This document shows, piece by piece, positions 1-13,861 of a stretch of DNA of 64,000 bases. Both the position numbers and the translations under genes were made by a program. The stretch's first letter is position 1; each line of letters begins with the position of its first letter. Source of the stretch: Lophium mytilinum (lineage: Eukaryota). The stretch lies in NCBI GenBank assembly GCA_010093605.1, contig MU004190.1, forward strand, positions 248,001 to 312,000, read 5' to 3'. Under the pieces are notes generated by a model that searched no databases, was not told the origin of the DNA, and was given only the letters and a program-made list of their open reading frames with translations.

Positions 1-241
1 CCCATAGTTATACTCAGATCACATCTCGGAAAGAATATGGGTAGGGCGTCGTTGATGTTGTTACATGGAGAGGTGTAGTTCCAATGGCGGGGATCTGAAA
101 GATGCCTCGGTTCCCCAGCTTCTCCACGCTTCACGTCCCACCTCGACTTGCCTCCATCAAAACAACAATGTAAAAACTCGCTCTTGCTCCCCTCGAGGAG
201 CCTCCGATTCATACGACAAAGCATCTGAAGGGGTATTCACG

Positions 242-2184
242 ATGGGTGAAGACGACAACGACGAACCGAAGACCCACGACGCGTCAAAGACACGCAATAC
301 GACCGCCGCAGAACGACTCGCTCAAGTCTCCTCCCATGTATCCCAAAACTCTCCGAATACTCCCAAAAGACGTCGACGAAAAGGCGCGGAATCCGACCTA
401 CCCAAGGACTATTCCGATATCCTCGGTCAGCTCGATACTCTGAGGAAGATCGCTGCGACGCCAGATCTGAACAATAGAGGCTATGTGAGGCAGAAACAGG
501 CCGGGAAACTATGGGTTAGGGAGCGTGTAGAACAGTTGCTGGATCCTGGTAGTTTCCGGGAGGTTGGAAGTGTCAGTGGTACTGTGACGTGGAAGCACCT
601 GGGTGGGCTAAAGGAAGAGCCTGTGGAGTTCGTGCCATCGAATAATGTCCAGGGTAGGATTGCCAAGACTTTGAGAGCATATCCATTTGCAATGGCTCAT
701 TATAATAGGATTTGGAAAACTTCGAGGTCGGAAGATAGTGTTCACGGCTGACGACTTTTCTATTCGAGCTGGACATGCTGATGGTGCATTGATGGAGAAG
801 ACCGTGCGTATCCTCTTCGAGTTTCGTATACATATGCATACAGAATACTAACCTTCAAACTTAGATATACATGGAAAAGCTTGCAATAGCACTCAAGCTG
901 CCAATAATCAAGCTCGTGGACGGCTCATCCGGTGGTGGTTCCGTAACTACTATTAAAGCGACCGGGTTCTCCTATGTTCCACCTCTGCCATCATTCACTC
1001 AGGTCGTTCAGCAATTGAATGCCGGTATACCAAATCTAGGTGCTGTTGTAGGCCCAGCAATCGGACTAGGCGCTGCTCGAGTGGTTGCATGCCACTTCTC
1101 CGTCATGGCGAACGACGTGGGTTCACTATTCAATGCCGGACCCCAGGTAGTCGCCGGTAAGCAATATACTTCACTCCCTCAATCACACGACAATTACTGA
1201 CACTGCATAGGCGCAACATTCGAAGAAGGGTTGAGCTTCACCGATCTCGGCGGTCCCGCCATGCATTGCACCAACGGCACAATTGACAACCTCGCACCCA
1301 ACGAAGCAGGCTGTTTCGAACAGATTCGGACCGTCCTTAGCTATCTACCAGACTGCGGCACAGCAATGCCTCCGGTCATACCCTGTGAAGACCCGACAGA
1401 TCGCATGTCACCTGAGCTTCGCTCCATCATCCCCCGCAAACGAGAGCGAATGTACAACCCCCGGAAAATCATTACCACGATAGTCGACAAGGACAGCTTC
1501 TTCGAGATAGGCTCTCTGTGGGGTACGACTGCTATCGTCGGCCTCGCAAGACTCGGTGGGCATCCTGTTGGCATAGTCTCCTTAAACTGTGAAGTCAACG
1601 CCGGCGCCATTGACGCACTAGGCTCGCAAAAGGTCACGCGTCTTTTGAAATTTCTCGATGTCTTCAACCTCCCACTCGTCCAATTCGTCGACGTCCCGGG
1701 ATACGCTATTGGTACCATAGCCGAGCGCAGTGCTACTATGCGCCACGGCGTCGCCCTCGGCCTCGCCTACTATAGCACGACAATGCCCATTTTCAGCGTT
1801 GTCGTACGTCGCGTATACGGCGTTGCCGGGGGCCTCATGCTAGATGCCCGGGATCCTCGCATGCGGGTGGCATGGCCGAGCGGTGAGTGGGGTAGTCTGC
1901 CACTCGATGGCGGGATCGAGGTCGGGCATTCCTATGAACTGAAAGAAATCGAGCGGAAAGAAGGTGTCGAGAAGCGTAAAGAGCGGTATAGAGAGTTGGA
2001 TGAGGAGTACAGAAGATTGATGAACCCGGTGCGGACTGCGAATCATTTCGGGATTGAGGAGATTATTGACCCGGCGGTTACGCGGCCGGTGGTTTGTGAG
2101 TGGGTAAAGCATGTTTATGAGAGCTTGCTCCCGCAGCGACTCATGGAGAGGGTTGCTGGGAAGATTGTGCCTAGCTTTGCTTGA
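242..2184 (+). CDS. Acyl-CoA carboxylase carboxyltransferase subunit (propionyl/methylcrotonyl-CoA carboxylase beta-like), 4 exons
   Basis: Exons 242-653, 709-803, 865-1156 and 1211-2184 join in frame across GT..AG introns. Carboxyl_trans motifs: RERVEQLLDPGSFREVG, DDFSIRAG, LGGPAMHCTNG, FVDVPGY, AWPSGEWG. Confidence 0.9.
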
Positions 2185-2517
2185 GCTCACAGTTTTGTAT
2201 CTCCCGAATATGCACATTGCATCTCGATCAAGTGGTGTTGGTACATTACTTTCATCAAGGCTGGTCCATCCGGATATTACCAGCTTTACTTTACACTTAT
2301 TCCTTAAATTCTGATCGACCTTTACCACTCGCCTGGCTTCTTATCTATATTCCGTGTGCTCGGATTTCCACCCGAGAAATATCTCTTCGGTTGCAACCAC
2401 AAGAATGGTCCTGCTCGGCACGAAGTTAGGGTTTGATTCGCAGTCTAAGGCCTTCAACCTGCCTACATGAGCTTAGACAATACCTCGAAAGCTCCTTAGA
2501 CGGCTACAGGTAGGAGA

Positions 2518-3350
2518 CCGCTATAACGCTTTATTATAAAAGAAAGTAAGTATGTAGGTATAAATATGAAGCATGTATATATACAAAGTAGTGCTTTATC
2601 AGTTGCCGCGCCAGCACTAGGCCATGTACCAAAGTAAGCACATTATAGGGATATCAAGTCTCTTTTTAGTCGCGAGACACGGCCCACCCCAGCCGTCCCT
2701 GGTCAGGCCCTGCTGAAATGGATATAAAGTTTGATATTTATGCCAGTATAAAGGTTAGGCGCCCGGCCCACCGCTGCCGTCCCCGTCCGGGGTTGGGTAA
2801 AGTGAATATAAAGTTTGAAGTTTATGCCAGTATAATAGGTGTGGTTAGACGCCGCACCCCCGCCCACCGCTGCTGTCCCCGTCCGGACTTGGGTGAAGTT
2901 AATATAAAGTCTGAGACTTATGCCAGTATAAAAGGGTACTCTATGCTTAGGCGCATCGCTCACCGCTGCACGTCCCTAGTCAGGCTCGGTAGTACTCAAA
3001 GTACAAACTTTGCTACCACTGTAAAGTTCATACTCAGGCGCACTGTTGGCTCATTCAGGCGCCGCCGGCAATGACCCAATGTTCTGAAATACTCCCGCCC
3101 AGACTTAAAACGCTCCCCCTCTACCAAGTCTCTCCATTTAGAGACACTTCATCTCCAATCGCCTCACCCAAGTTAGAGCATCACAAACAAGACTCAAAAG
3201 CACAATCAATCCAACACCCTCCCAGTCCCAACCCCCACAATACTAGTCTTGACGAGAAATCCCGCTCGTCGTCAACTTAAGCTCAGCCCGCCCGGCTGGG
3301 CCTAGTGTCACGTGGGTTCCATCAACTCGGGGTCGAGTCGGTTATAACGG
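2518..3350. mobile_element. Possible solo-LTR/non-autonomous element relic containing the tandem repeat
   Basis: Imperfect inverted ends CCGCTATAAC (2518) and GTTATAACGG (3341-3350), an AT-rich interior, and a position between two convergent genes. No target-site duplication or canonical TG..CA ends seen. Confidence 0.3.
2680..2990. repeat. Degenerate tandem repeat, about 3 units of ~85-96 bp
   Basis: ATATAAAGT(T/C)TGA...TTATGCCAGTATAA recurs at ~2722, ~2806 and ~2902, each followed by TTAG(G/A)CGC...CACCGCTGC..GTCCC. Confidence 0.85.
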
Positions 3351-3708
3351 GCACGGCACTAACGCGACAAATAATTGCATTTGCAGTCGAATGAAAGATT
3401 GAATATGAAGAAGGGACCCACGATCACACATTGAAATCACAGCCATCGAATACCCATCGAAAAGCGGAAACACAAATCCGAATCCGTGGCTTACAAACCC
3501 CATGCCACACCATAACAAACTCCTCAGAAACTAAGTCATAATCTATCCACAAAAATCGCTCAAAAACGCAGCTCAAGACACCTAATCGCCTCTAGAGCAT
3601 GAAAATTGAGATAAGTCACATGAAAAGCACCTCTCCTCCCTAATCCAGCCCATCCCAAAACGCCTCGCTTCGCTTACTGAATGAACCCCACCACATGCCC
3701 GCGCTCTC

Positions 3709-6700
3709 TCACAGATTCCCGATAACGACCATAAACCTCAACTTCCCGTCGCCCGCCCTTCTCCCCTTACCCTGTCCTACCCCGCCTAAACCACCTTCAG
3801 TGTCGACCTCGCCCCCAATGGCCCCATCTTCAAGCATCAATGTACTGCTCTTCCACCCCCAGCTCTGACTGAAATTGAACCGATCTGGGGCGCTCTCGTA
3901 CACGCTTAGCAATCTGCCGCCTTTACTTGGGCTGTAGATCTTGAAGTAGGTCTTGATAGTCGGTCGTGCGTCGACATAGGGTGGTAAAGTCGGGTTGACG
4001 GCGCGGAGTTTGGACTTGGAATTGAGATTGCGGGGCGCGAGTAGGGAGAGCGATGGGTTTGGATAGCTCGTTTCCGGGTCGGAGTCAGAGTCCGTGTCTG
4101 AGGCGGAGGAAAGGAGCGAGGGGGCGTAGGCGTAAGAGGGGTAAACAATGTCGCCGTCCGAAGGGGGAGAGGCAGAGAGCCCCTGCATGCCGTGATGGTG
4201 GGAAGCTCCGCCTGTGCCAGAACCGAAGTTGGCGCTGGAAGGGGATGTGCCTTGGAGTGGGAGCTGGTGTCGGCGGCGGGATTGGACGGAGAGGCTGGTG
4301 AAGAGGGGGTTGCGGGAGCCAGTGGAGACAAGGGTGGCGTCGGGGTCACCACCGCTGCCGCTTGTGTCTTCTTCGCCGGGGTTGTCGTTTTGGTCGGCAC
4401 GGGCGTTGCCACGGCCTCGTCGCCGATCACGACGTTCGCTGCGAAGAAGCATTTCGCGTTCTAGTAGACCGATACGTTCGTCGACTGTACCTATACTGCT
4501 CTGTGCGAGGCCATTGCCGCCACCAGCGATCGCTTCCTCGGCTTCACGTTCCTTGGCTCGGTGCAAGTAGACACCTAGTTGAACGTTCTTTGCAGACCTT
4601 ACTTTTTGAATATAGATGTTCCATAGTGAGCCTGCGTAGAACACAGTCCGAGAGTACACACGCTTCTTCTCTTTCAGTAGACGCGGATTGGGAAACTCGG
4701 CTGAAAATCGAAAAGGCGGATAGTGGGTATATGCAATCGGCTTTGGTTGGCCAGCATTGCTACCACTCGCCGATCCAGGTCGAGCCGGATAGTCTGTCCG
4801 TGTATTAGGATTAGAAGATGTTCCTGGAGACGAGGCAAAATCGGTAGCCCATTGCACGTCTTCTGGCTGGAGTGTGGCGGAGAGTCGGGAAGCGTGTCGT
4901 TGGAACGCACTCGAAGTCGTGACCACTGGCTCCGAGTTACCTCCCATGACGATGTTACAATCAGTGCTGGGGATCCAGAATTTCCGGGGTTTGCCGTTGG
5001 CGTCCCAGCTTCCAGAGTCCATCTCGTCGGAGTCCTCCTCGGGTGTATGACTGCCCTCCTTTTGCTTTCCTTTTGACGATGCCGGCCGTCCAAGGTTCGG
5101 AGACTGGATAGGAGTAGTATCTTCAGCATTCGAAAGCGGTTCCTCAACTGGCTTACTTAGGCCGAGCTCCATGTCCAGATCTCCGGAATTCAGAACCTTT
5201 TGCCGCAACTCCATCTGGTTCCATAGCGCATTGGAAATGACCTTTTCTGGCATGACTGGCAAGCCCAGGATGTCACGTGAAAGACGGATGAACTGCAGCT
5301 GTTCGAAATCTAGATGGATGTAGTGGATACCTTCGTCCAGTAGTACGAGAAGAGGTTCGATATCTGGACTGGTGTAGATAGACATCCACTTGTGGTGACC
5401 ATCGGGCGTAGCAAGTTGAGTAGTAATGGAGTTCTGGCGATACACAGCGTCGAATCGGACGGCCATCATCGACAATGTTTCCGGAGCCTTGGACGACGGA
5501 TACTTTCCTCGGTCGATCAACCCTGCCTCAATAGCTTTCCTTCGGAGTCGTCTATCGAGGAGACGTTTTGCGAGTACCCACCTATCCCACTCGCCGTCCA
5601 CGAAGAAGCCATCGCCGCCAACTATCTCACGTATGACGTCTCCAGGTATTCCGTCCCAACATTTCAGAGGCATCTCCCATCCATCGCGGCATAGCATAGA
5701 CTTAGCAGAAGCTAGAATTCTCTCGCCTGACCTGCCGTAGTAATTTGCAGTCACCAGCTTTATCAACGGTGACAGGGTCTCGGGGCTCATCTGACGTAAG
5801 ATAGCATCGATACTTGAATTCACCAGGTCTCGCATCTCTAGCCAGCAGCCAGTGGCAAATAGTCCGATAGCCTCGGAATCTTCTTCTTGTGAGATATCAC
5901 ACCCATATAGTCGCTTTATTGCGAGTTCGAAGGCAGTCTGGGTAATGCTTGGGTCTATCTCCTCGGGATGGAGGGTGACTTCCTTGGCACGACTCTCCAG
6001 CCATGGCTCCGACAAGGCCGTTGTGAAGAAGGGCGCACGATCCAGAAGGAGCCGGTGTAAAGCGTACTTGTGGCCGAATGCAATGATTGTAATGTCGGAG
6101 TGGCGTCCGCCAAGCAGACCTCTAGTGTATAGGTGATCAGGCAGTGAGGCTGCTTCAGATGCAAGAGCTGCATATATTAGCGTAGTTTGTCGGCAGTCGA
6201 GACATATACATACGTCTTCTTCGGAGGGGCCCCATTCCTTGGGCATAGGATGGGGCTCTTGAGACATCAGGTGACGTTTGGGAAGCAAAAAGACGGGAGA
6301 GGGTAGTCAAGGTGGTGTACTCTCTCCTCTCGAGAGACCTCCGATTGTCTAGAGCGATGGTCGGGTCGTCGGCATCTTTTTCCGCCCTCGGGACTTCCTC
6401 GTCATTGTGTAATATTGCGGGAGGGTTCTCGTCAAAACGAGCTGTCCTCGTCGAACCAGCAGCGGAACCGGCCAGTGCAGCGAGCGGTCGGGATAAATTT
6501 GATGATGAGGCGGCTCTTAGAAGCGATCGAGGGGGCTCATTTGCAGAGCTTGAAGCTGGAGGCGTAGTTGACGGGAATCTCGAGGGAGGGCCGCTTGAGA
6601 AGAGTGACGGGCGAGGAGCATTGGTGGGTCCGGTATCTTGCGGAGCTCCCGTACCACTGTCGAAGCTCCAGCTGGGTGTCCGACCTGATCGGTCAAGATC

Positions 6701-6766
6701 TAAGGTATTGATGAGCTGGTCGATGTCTTCGGAGGTATCCTGGTCGTCTTGTGGTTGGTTATGCAT
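3709..6766 (-). CDS. BTB/POZ-domain protein (germ cell-less-like), 2 exons
   Basis: ATG at 6766 (MHNQPQ). A 46-nt intron at 6213-6168 (GTATGT..CTAAT..CAG) joins ...RRR-PLASEAASLPDHLY. BTB motif SDITIIAFGHKYALHRLLLDRAPFF; C-terminal PPFRFSAEF and YAGSLWNIYIQK. Confidence 0.85.
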
Positions 6767-7239
6767 GGTTGCTGATTGCGGTGAAGGGTAAATGGGTAAG
6801 GCTAGAGCATGGCGGGGGCCGAGGAGGGGCTGGTATTGCGGGAATGTGGAAGAATCGAGCAAAAGAAAGAGTATCAGGCGAACGCTGAGCGCGCTAATAG
6901 AAGAAAAGAAGAGAGAGGTGGGTATTGGGTATCACAAGAGCATTTGTTGGCACGAGGCGGGGAGGCGGCGTGGTGTTGCAGAATGACGACGGATAGCAGC
7001 ACCTGCCAGTTAATGTTAGGGCCAGGGTCCACGCTAGCGTGGCCAGCTGGAATAAAAGTGGCATCCGCCATCCCGCAGGTTAACATGCCACACTCTTCAT
7101 GCCCTGCATGTGGGACCGCGGCGGAGGCGGAAAGAGCGGAGCGCCAAGAAAGTCGAACCACCAAATAGCACCTCGATAAATGTCATGACGGCCGCTCCCT
7201 CCCTCTTTCCCAGCGTGCCTCCATCCCACCGCCATTGCG

Positions 7240-8801
7240 ATGGCTTCAATCTTCAGAACGTTCCCGCTGCTGCGCCAGGCAGCTCCACGTCTTTCGCGCG
7301 AGTTCTTCACGTGTCGAGCCTGCGTCAAGACTCCCCTTCCGCCTTCCACACGACTATCTCTCCGAAAAGCCCCATTCGCCCAAACCTTCAGGTCCCAGTC
7401 TACACAAGCCCACAGGCCGACTGCGAATAGCCAATCTCCCCTCGGCACTTTGAGCGGTACAATTGGCGGCAAGGCGGATGCGAAATCAATTTCGAAGACG
7501 AGCTCCTTCCCCGAGACGAGCGACAAAGCTGTGGCGTACTGGCTGTTAGGGAGCGCGGCAAGCGTGTTTGGGATTGTCATTCTTGGTGGATTGACTAGGC
7601 TCACCGAGTCTGGGTATGGCATGATACAGAGTTACAGTTCCGAAAGCTAACCTTTTGCAGGCTCAGCATCACAGAATGGCGCCCCGTCACTGGATCCATC
7701 CCTCCCATGACAACTGAAGACTGGGAGACTGAGTTTACAAAATACCGATCTTCGCCTGAATTCACCCTCCTCAATCCGAACATGACCCTCCCCGAGTTTA
7801 AGCAGATATTCTGGATGGAATGGGGACATCGCCTCTGGGGGCGTGTGATCGGTCTCACATTCGTCGTTCCCACTATATACTTCATTGCACGACGTAAGGT
7901 GTCAGTGCCGATGGCCTGGAAGTTAATCGGGATCTCTGGCTTGATTGGCTTCCAGGGCGTAATCGGGTGGTGGATGGTGAAGAGCGGCCTCCACGACGAT
8001 CTATTCGCAAAGGGAAGCCATCCCCGCGTGAGCCAGTACCGTCTGACTACGCATCTAGGCGCTGCTTTCATCGTTTATACCACCATGCTGCTTTCTGGCC
8101 TCTCGATTCTTCGCGAGCGTTCCCTCCTCAAGGACCCAGAAGCTGCCCAGAAGCTATTTGCTACCTTGAAGAATCCCAATTTGCGCCTCTTCCGCGGATC
8201 TGTCACAGCTCTTTCTGTATTGGTCTTCATAACAGCCATGTCTGGTGCTCTCGTCGCTGGTCTTGATGCCGGTCTCATTTACAACGAGTTCCCATATATG
8301 GGTCTGGGACTCACCCCACCTAAAAAGGAACTGTTTGATCCGTTCTACAGCCACGTACCAGACCGGTCGGATCTCTGGTGGCGGAACATGCTCGAGAATC
8401 CGTCGCTAGTACAACTCGATCATCGCATTCTTGCGATGACCACTTTCACGGCTATCATGAGCCTGTTCACATACACACGATACTCATCCCGTGTCAGCGC
8501 CATCCTTCCCAGGAACGCCAAGAAAGGCGTTATGGGCTCTGTCCATCTTGTCTGGATGCAAGTCGCTCTCGGTATTAGCACGCTGATCTACATGGTCCCC
8601 ACTTGGCTAGCTGCGACGCACCAGGCGGGCAGCCTTGCTCTTCTGACTGGTGTACTGGTACTTGGGAGTCGCGTCTCAATGCCGCGCCGCGCTGTCAGGC
8701 TCGTGCAACAGGCTGCTAAACAGCAGTCTACGGCTCTAAGAAGCTCAGGTAAGCGGAGGCTTGAAGTCGGCGTGAAGGGCGTTGAGCAGAAACCAGCGTA
8801 A
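7240..8801 (+). CDS. COX15: Heme A synthase, 2 exons
   Basis: Mitochondrial-type presequence; GGLTRLTESG|LSITEWRP across intron 7614-7660; EWGHRLWGR, HPRVSQYRL, QLDHR and HQAG motifs. Confidence 0.96.
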
Positions 8802-9750
8802 ATCCTAATAGCTACGTGTATTTGGTTGTATCATATTGTATAAACTAGAGAGGGTCTTCAAACTCCCATGACTATCAGGTTTGGATGACGGGATTGTCAT
8901 AATTTACACCTCTATCCATCTTTTAGCCAAAGTCTACTCTCCTGATATCTTCATTAATTTGCTTGCTTGTGTAGCAGTTGAGCGTTCCTTAACACTTCTA
9001 AACTCTGCCTGCACATCTTTTCTTTCTTCCGTAGGACGGCGTTTGGGTACACCCCTTTGACGCTGCTTGGAGAGTTTCGATGTGGTCCACGAAATCTGGA
9101 TGTATATCCGTGTGTATACACTTCCTTCACAAGGCTCGAAGACCTTCATATGCTTCTGAGCTTTTGATGTACCTTGGACCGTCGCATTTGGTCTACGATA
9201 TCGATAGGAAAACAACCAATAGGAAGCTTAGAGTAATGAGATCTGCAGCGAAATACTTGAGCAACGCCTGTCCTCTAGGCTGTTCGTACACTAGCCTAGC
9301 ACCGCCTGGGGTCCCGTAGTACACTATAAAAGATTAGAAAAGTTCAGTCTTGATAAAACTAGAAGCTTTGTGGGCCACCTCAAACGGTGTCACACTACCA
9401 TCTGTGTAGCCTTGAAAAGCTGCTCTCCCTAAGTTTTCTGGGCCAGACTATGCGGCCATCTTCCATCTCTCATTCCTGGACCGCCACATATCCTGCTCCC
9501 AATCTTCCCTTTTCTTATCCACTCCTCTTGAGTCGGATCCCAAGTCACGTCGGTGTCTTCTACAACTCACCGCCGCCAAGTGCAACCGCTCACCGCCAAT
9601 CAGCAGAGCCCCATACCTACATTGTCTTCTGCTTCAACCTCTCTTTATCTACTCGGCCCCACGACAATTGGACCACCATTAAGTACGACCTGCTCCACTC
9701 TTTCACGATAGCTATTGCTGACTCTGGTAGGTGTAAGGAAGCAGCGCAGT

Positions 9751-11251
9751 ATGGAGTTCTGCATGGGAGAATATCCTGAAGGATCCGAGGATGAGTATCC
9801 GAAGACATGGGTGGAAGACCCCGCAGAAGAGACAAAAGAAGACACTGCGCAAGAACCAGCCAAACCTGAGGATCACCAGACGAAGAAGTCACATCGACAG
9901 GAGAAGCGAGCGTATGGATGGCAGTCGAAGAAGAGTTTCGAAAAACTCAGCCCGGAGACTAAAGCCCTGATCGACAGTAGAATCCGCAATGCACAAGCAC
10001 ATTGGGGTATCGAGTCTCTCGCAGAGGTGTTCCCCGAGCACACCCGGCCTCTAAAGCGCGTTCCCGGGAGCAACACTCGGCTAGTCCGACCGTGTTGTGT
10101 TGAGAATGATCCCAGACGCTGGTCATACAAGGTTCTCGAGTTGGTGGAAGAGCTCGCCGAATGCTCGAAGGCGGATCTCCCAACGGCGCTCGAGTGCCTC
10201 GAAGCAGAGGCGAAGGATCTGGAGGGCCACGAAAGTGGCAAATTCAAGAATTTAGAGCCTTCACTATTGCAAAACACGATCCACCACTATAAGCATACCA
10301 ACCCTAAGAATGCGGCTAATTGGACAGTCATCCGCGGCGAGGTAAGCCTGATAAAGTCGATCGAGACTCCTGACACTTCTTGTCGATGAAGCTATAGAAC
10401 ATTAACAAGGCCGTGTAGCGCAAGGACAAGGATGAATCCGGTCATGCCAGTGGGTCTACCGAATGGTTCCCCGCTCAAAAAGGAGGTCTAGAAGTCAAGA
10501 GAGAAGTTGATTCTGGTGAGCACGATGACGAAGATGAACGCGATGGTGGAATCGGCAACGGGTCCAGCACTGCAGGTACTGAGTCTATTGGGGGGGTGGC
10601 AAGAACCTCCAATTTCAATCCCCACGGCTCTGCAATCAACATCTCTGGCACTGCCATGACCTCAACGACGTCTAGCATTCATGACACCACGTCGAATACC
10701 GGATCCGCCGACGCAGAACACTACATTCCCGGCAGTCCGCCCGTTCCCAGCACGTTTCTCACTCCTGCGAAGTCCTGTTCTCGCAATCCAATCTCCTCCT
10801 CAACTCCCTTTGCGAACAACGGCCTACTGCGCCCAACATTCCCCGAGCAGCAATCTCCCTCCCCAGCCGCGGCCATCAAACAGGAAATCGAAGCCGAATC
10901 CAACCCCTACCCAGGAATCAAGATCAAGATCGAGGACGAAGGCAACCCTCGCAAACGATCCCGAGACGACGTCGAGTCAGATGAGTCCTCTGATGAAGAG
11001 CATGTGCTGCAGGCGAACCTTGATCTAAAGGAGAAAGAGGTAGAGGCTGCGCGTCTGAAAGCCCGAATTGTTAGCAAAAGGGCTAAGAAGGAGAAACAGA
11101 GGAGGCGCGAGTGAGTTGAGCCTCTTCCACTTTTACGGTATTGCAGATACTAACGCGGCGGGATTACAGGGAGCATGACATGGAGCAGCAGAGACGGAGA
11201 GAGCAGCTGATGAGGATGGGAAAGGAGGGTGATCCCATTGAGTTGGACTAG
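9751..11251 (+). CDS. Lineage-specific hypothetical protein, 3 exons
   Basis: ATG at 9751. Intron 10342-10418 joins the 9715 ORF to the frame of the 10596 ORF (RKDKDESGHASG...). A second intron at ~11110-11169 leads to a last exon ending ...GDPIELD-stop. Low-complexity centre and coiled-coil-like C-terminus. Confidence 0.65.
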
Positions 11252-11499
11252 GTGGGTTGGTGGAAGGTGAAAGGTCAGGGTCGAGAGTTATGGCGTCTGG
11301 AGCCGTTGATTGGGGATGGTTGCAATCTAGGAATCTGGGTAAGGAAAGGTGGGTGGGGTCTGGTTCTTCAGATTGGAATTACTTACGGTCGGCATGCTTT
11401 TGATGCGGACATCATTTTCTTTTGGATTCTTCTATTGGAATTACCAACTAATACTTTATTATTTCATTTTCTAGATATATTCTCTCCTTATGGTAGATA

Positions 11500-11810
11500 T
11501 TTGATTTGGAGTTGTTTGGGCGGTAGTTGATACCGTCTGAAGTGCTCTAGCAGTGTGAAATATTGAGACATAGGATGTCAAAAACTAGGGGTCTTAGATT
11601 GTATTGGGTAGATTTCGAGTCGTTTGGAGGCTAGTTGATACCGTGTGAAGTACCCTGGCGGCGCCAAAAACTGGGAGATAGGATGTTAAAGTTCGGGGAC
11701 TTAGATCGTGTTGTGTGAACTTGGGTGGGTCCAGCATACGTATGATACCTACTGTCTGAAGTCCCCTAGAGGCGCGAAAAAATGTAGGACAGGACGTCAA
11801 AAACCGCACG
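11500..11810 (+). repeat. Degenerate tandem array, about 3 units of ~108 bp (left array)
   Basis: TGATACCGT(C/G)TGAAGT...(T/C)AGGA(T/C)GT(C/T)AAA recurs, with cores at ~11533, ~11641 and ~11752. Confidence 0.85.
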
Positions 11811-13861
11811 CGATTTTATGTCTCTTCGAGTCGACTCTTCCTAGTTGCTTGTCTTTTCTCATATTTGAAGTTTTCTTTCTACCATGACTCGTCACAAATC
11901 CGTATACACTCATCTATCGCTGCCTGAAGCTCCTTGATACATTCTCAACGCTCCAGAGCTTGTTGATTGGGACAATTAGTAAGCTTTGCTATATACCTTA
12001 AGGACTAGCTTATGGAAGTATACACTCAGCTATGCTATTCGTCTTCCCAGATTCCAATAAGATGTCAGAGCACCACATGCAGTAGTAGAGCAGTGTACAT
12101 GGATCGATCACGAGACACTGTAATGTTCGTCCCTCATCGGTACTACTCTTTCCCTCAATTCCCAGTCTCCCTTGAAGAACGCTCAACACCTTTTCTAATG
12201 GCGCGCAGTGCCCTTCTCTAAGCCGAATTAAGCCCATTGGTCTTAACACTGGGAAGCATATAAGAAGTTGGTGGCTTAGACATACGCGTGATATGGTCGT
12301 CACGTCACTATGTCACCCGCGCCAGCCATCCCTCCATCCAGCTACTCCAATTCTCGCTCATCGTCAACATCACCATGCCTGTCCGATGTGGCATCGCTGT
12401 TCGTCTCCGCGCCTTTACCCAGCAGTGCTCATCAGAAGTACCAAGACATAGAGAGACCTGAAAACATGCAGCATCTACGATGCTACATCGAGTGCGCCAT
12501 GGGAAAAGCAAAGTCTCAGCCTCGACGACTATGGCGAGTACTATCTATCAACACCAGCATCAAACTTGTATAGAGTTGCGTGCGCGCGTATGCATCATCC
12601 GGATATAATGATCGGTGCAAATGAAGAAGACGTGGATCGAACCTACCAGACCTGCAACCAGTGCGCGGCCGAACGGCGGAGGCGAGCGATGCCGGTGAAA
12701 ACTGAGAAATGTTGCCCTTGGCCTGACCTCCCCCACAAACATTTCTCGCATGCAATTCCCCATTGATCGACTAAGCTAACCTGCCAAGAGATACATACCA
12801 GTGAAGATGCCATTCCAAATGGGAACTTCCAATCTCAACGATGACAATACCATCAAGCGTAACCAAGACTATTTTAAACGTTCTCTTTGAAGCTGTTAGG
12901 CTCCGAATGTTAAAGAATTTCTGTAGTAGTACGGATGGGACCCGCGAAGCGACAGAGTTCCGGAAACGAGGGAACCAAATGAAGGAGAAGGGAGTCTATT
13001 TCCCACGCAAGTAAGGCAGACCAAGTAATAGCTCTACATATATGAATGAGCGGAGGAGAAGAGAGTACTTGAGGGACCAAGATCTTATAGCGGACGATGT
13101 GCGCAGATGGAATGCTTGAGCTGTACCGAAGTTGTTCGGGGTCGTCCATATCAACACTACGTAGGGTAACGTCCTAGTATGCTGGTCAACAGCTTTCTAC
13201 CGACCCATTTTCAAAGGGCTTTGAAGCATCTCACACAGCGATGGAATAGTATGAACAGCTTTGGCGTTGTTCCGAGCTATATCTTTAACTTCTGCCTAGA
13301 CCTATACATCTTCGTCGACAGCCTGCTCGATACTCTTCGTCAGACATCTTCTCTTCTGATTTATGTCTTTTTCCACGCGACGGTTGTCACTTTCTTACCT
13401 CGCCGTGGCCTCTCCCACCTATCTCACATACATCCATACAAAACTTCCTATCGAGTTTTAAAATATCTTAACTCGGCTTCGTCACCAGACCATTCAGTCT
13501 TCTTCACATCTTGCATCTCCAACAGCTCACTCCCAATCGAACACCCTTCAAACTCCAGCATCTTCCACGCATCCTTCACTCCTCACCTCAACTACTTACT
13601 CCGCTTCTTGGACCTCACTTCCTGTAGCCTCTTCTTCCTACAACTTCATCTACTTGTACCTACCTCCGTCTACCACCTCTCTATCTGTATCACACTTTCG
13701 CCACTCTCTTCTCTCTTACAACGACCCTTCCAGTTCCTCGCCACAGGACCCTACCACTGCCCACTTCTCAATCACGTTTTCCCATCGTTCAACAATCCAC
13801 TCTGGACGAAGACAAATATTTCACGCCACATTTGAGGAGGAATTCAACCTCGCAGCCAGCC

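Noticed and set aside
12310..12910. Possible small Cys-containing gene (…RTYQTCNQCAAERR…)
   Set aside because: The two short ORFs could only be joined by an implausibly short (36-40 nt) intron, and there is no recognisable family.
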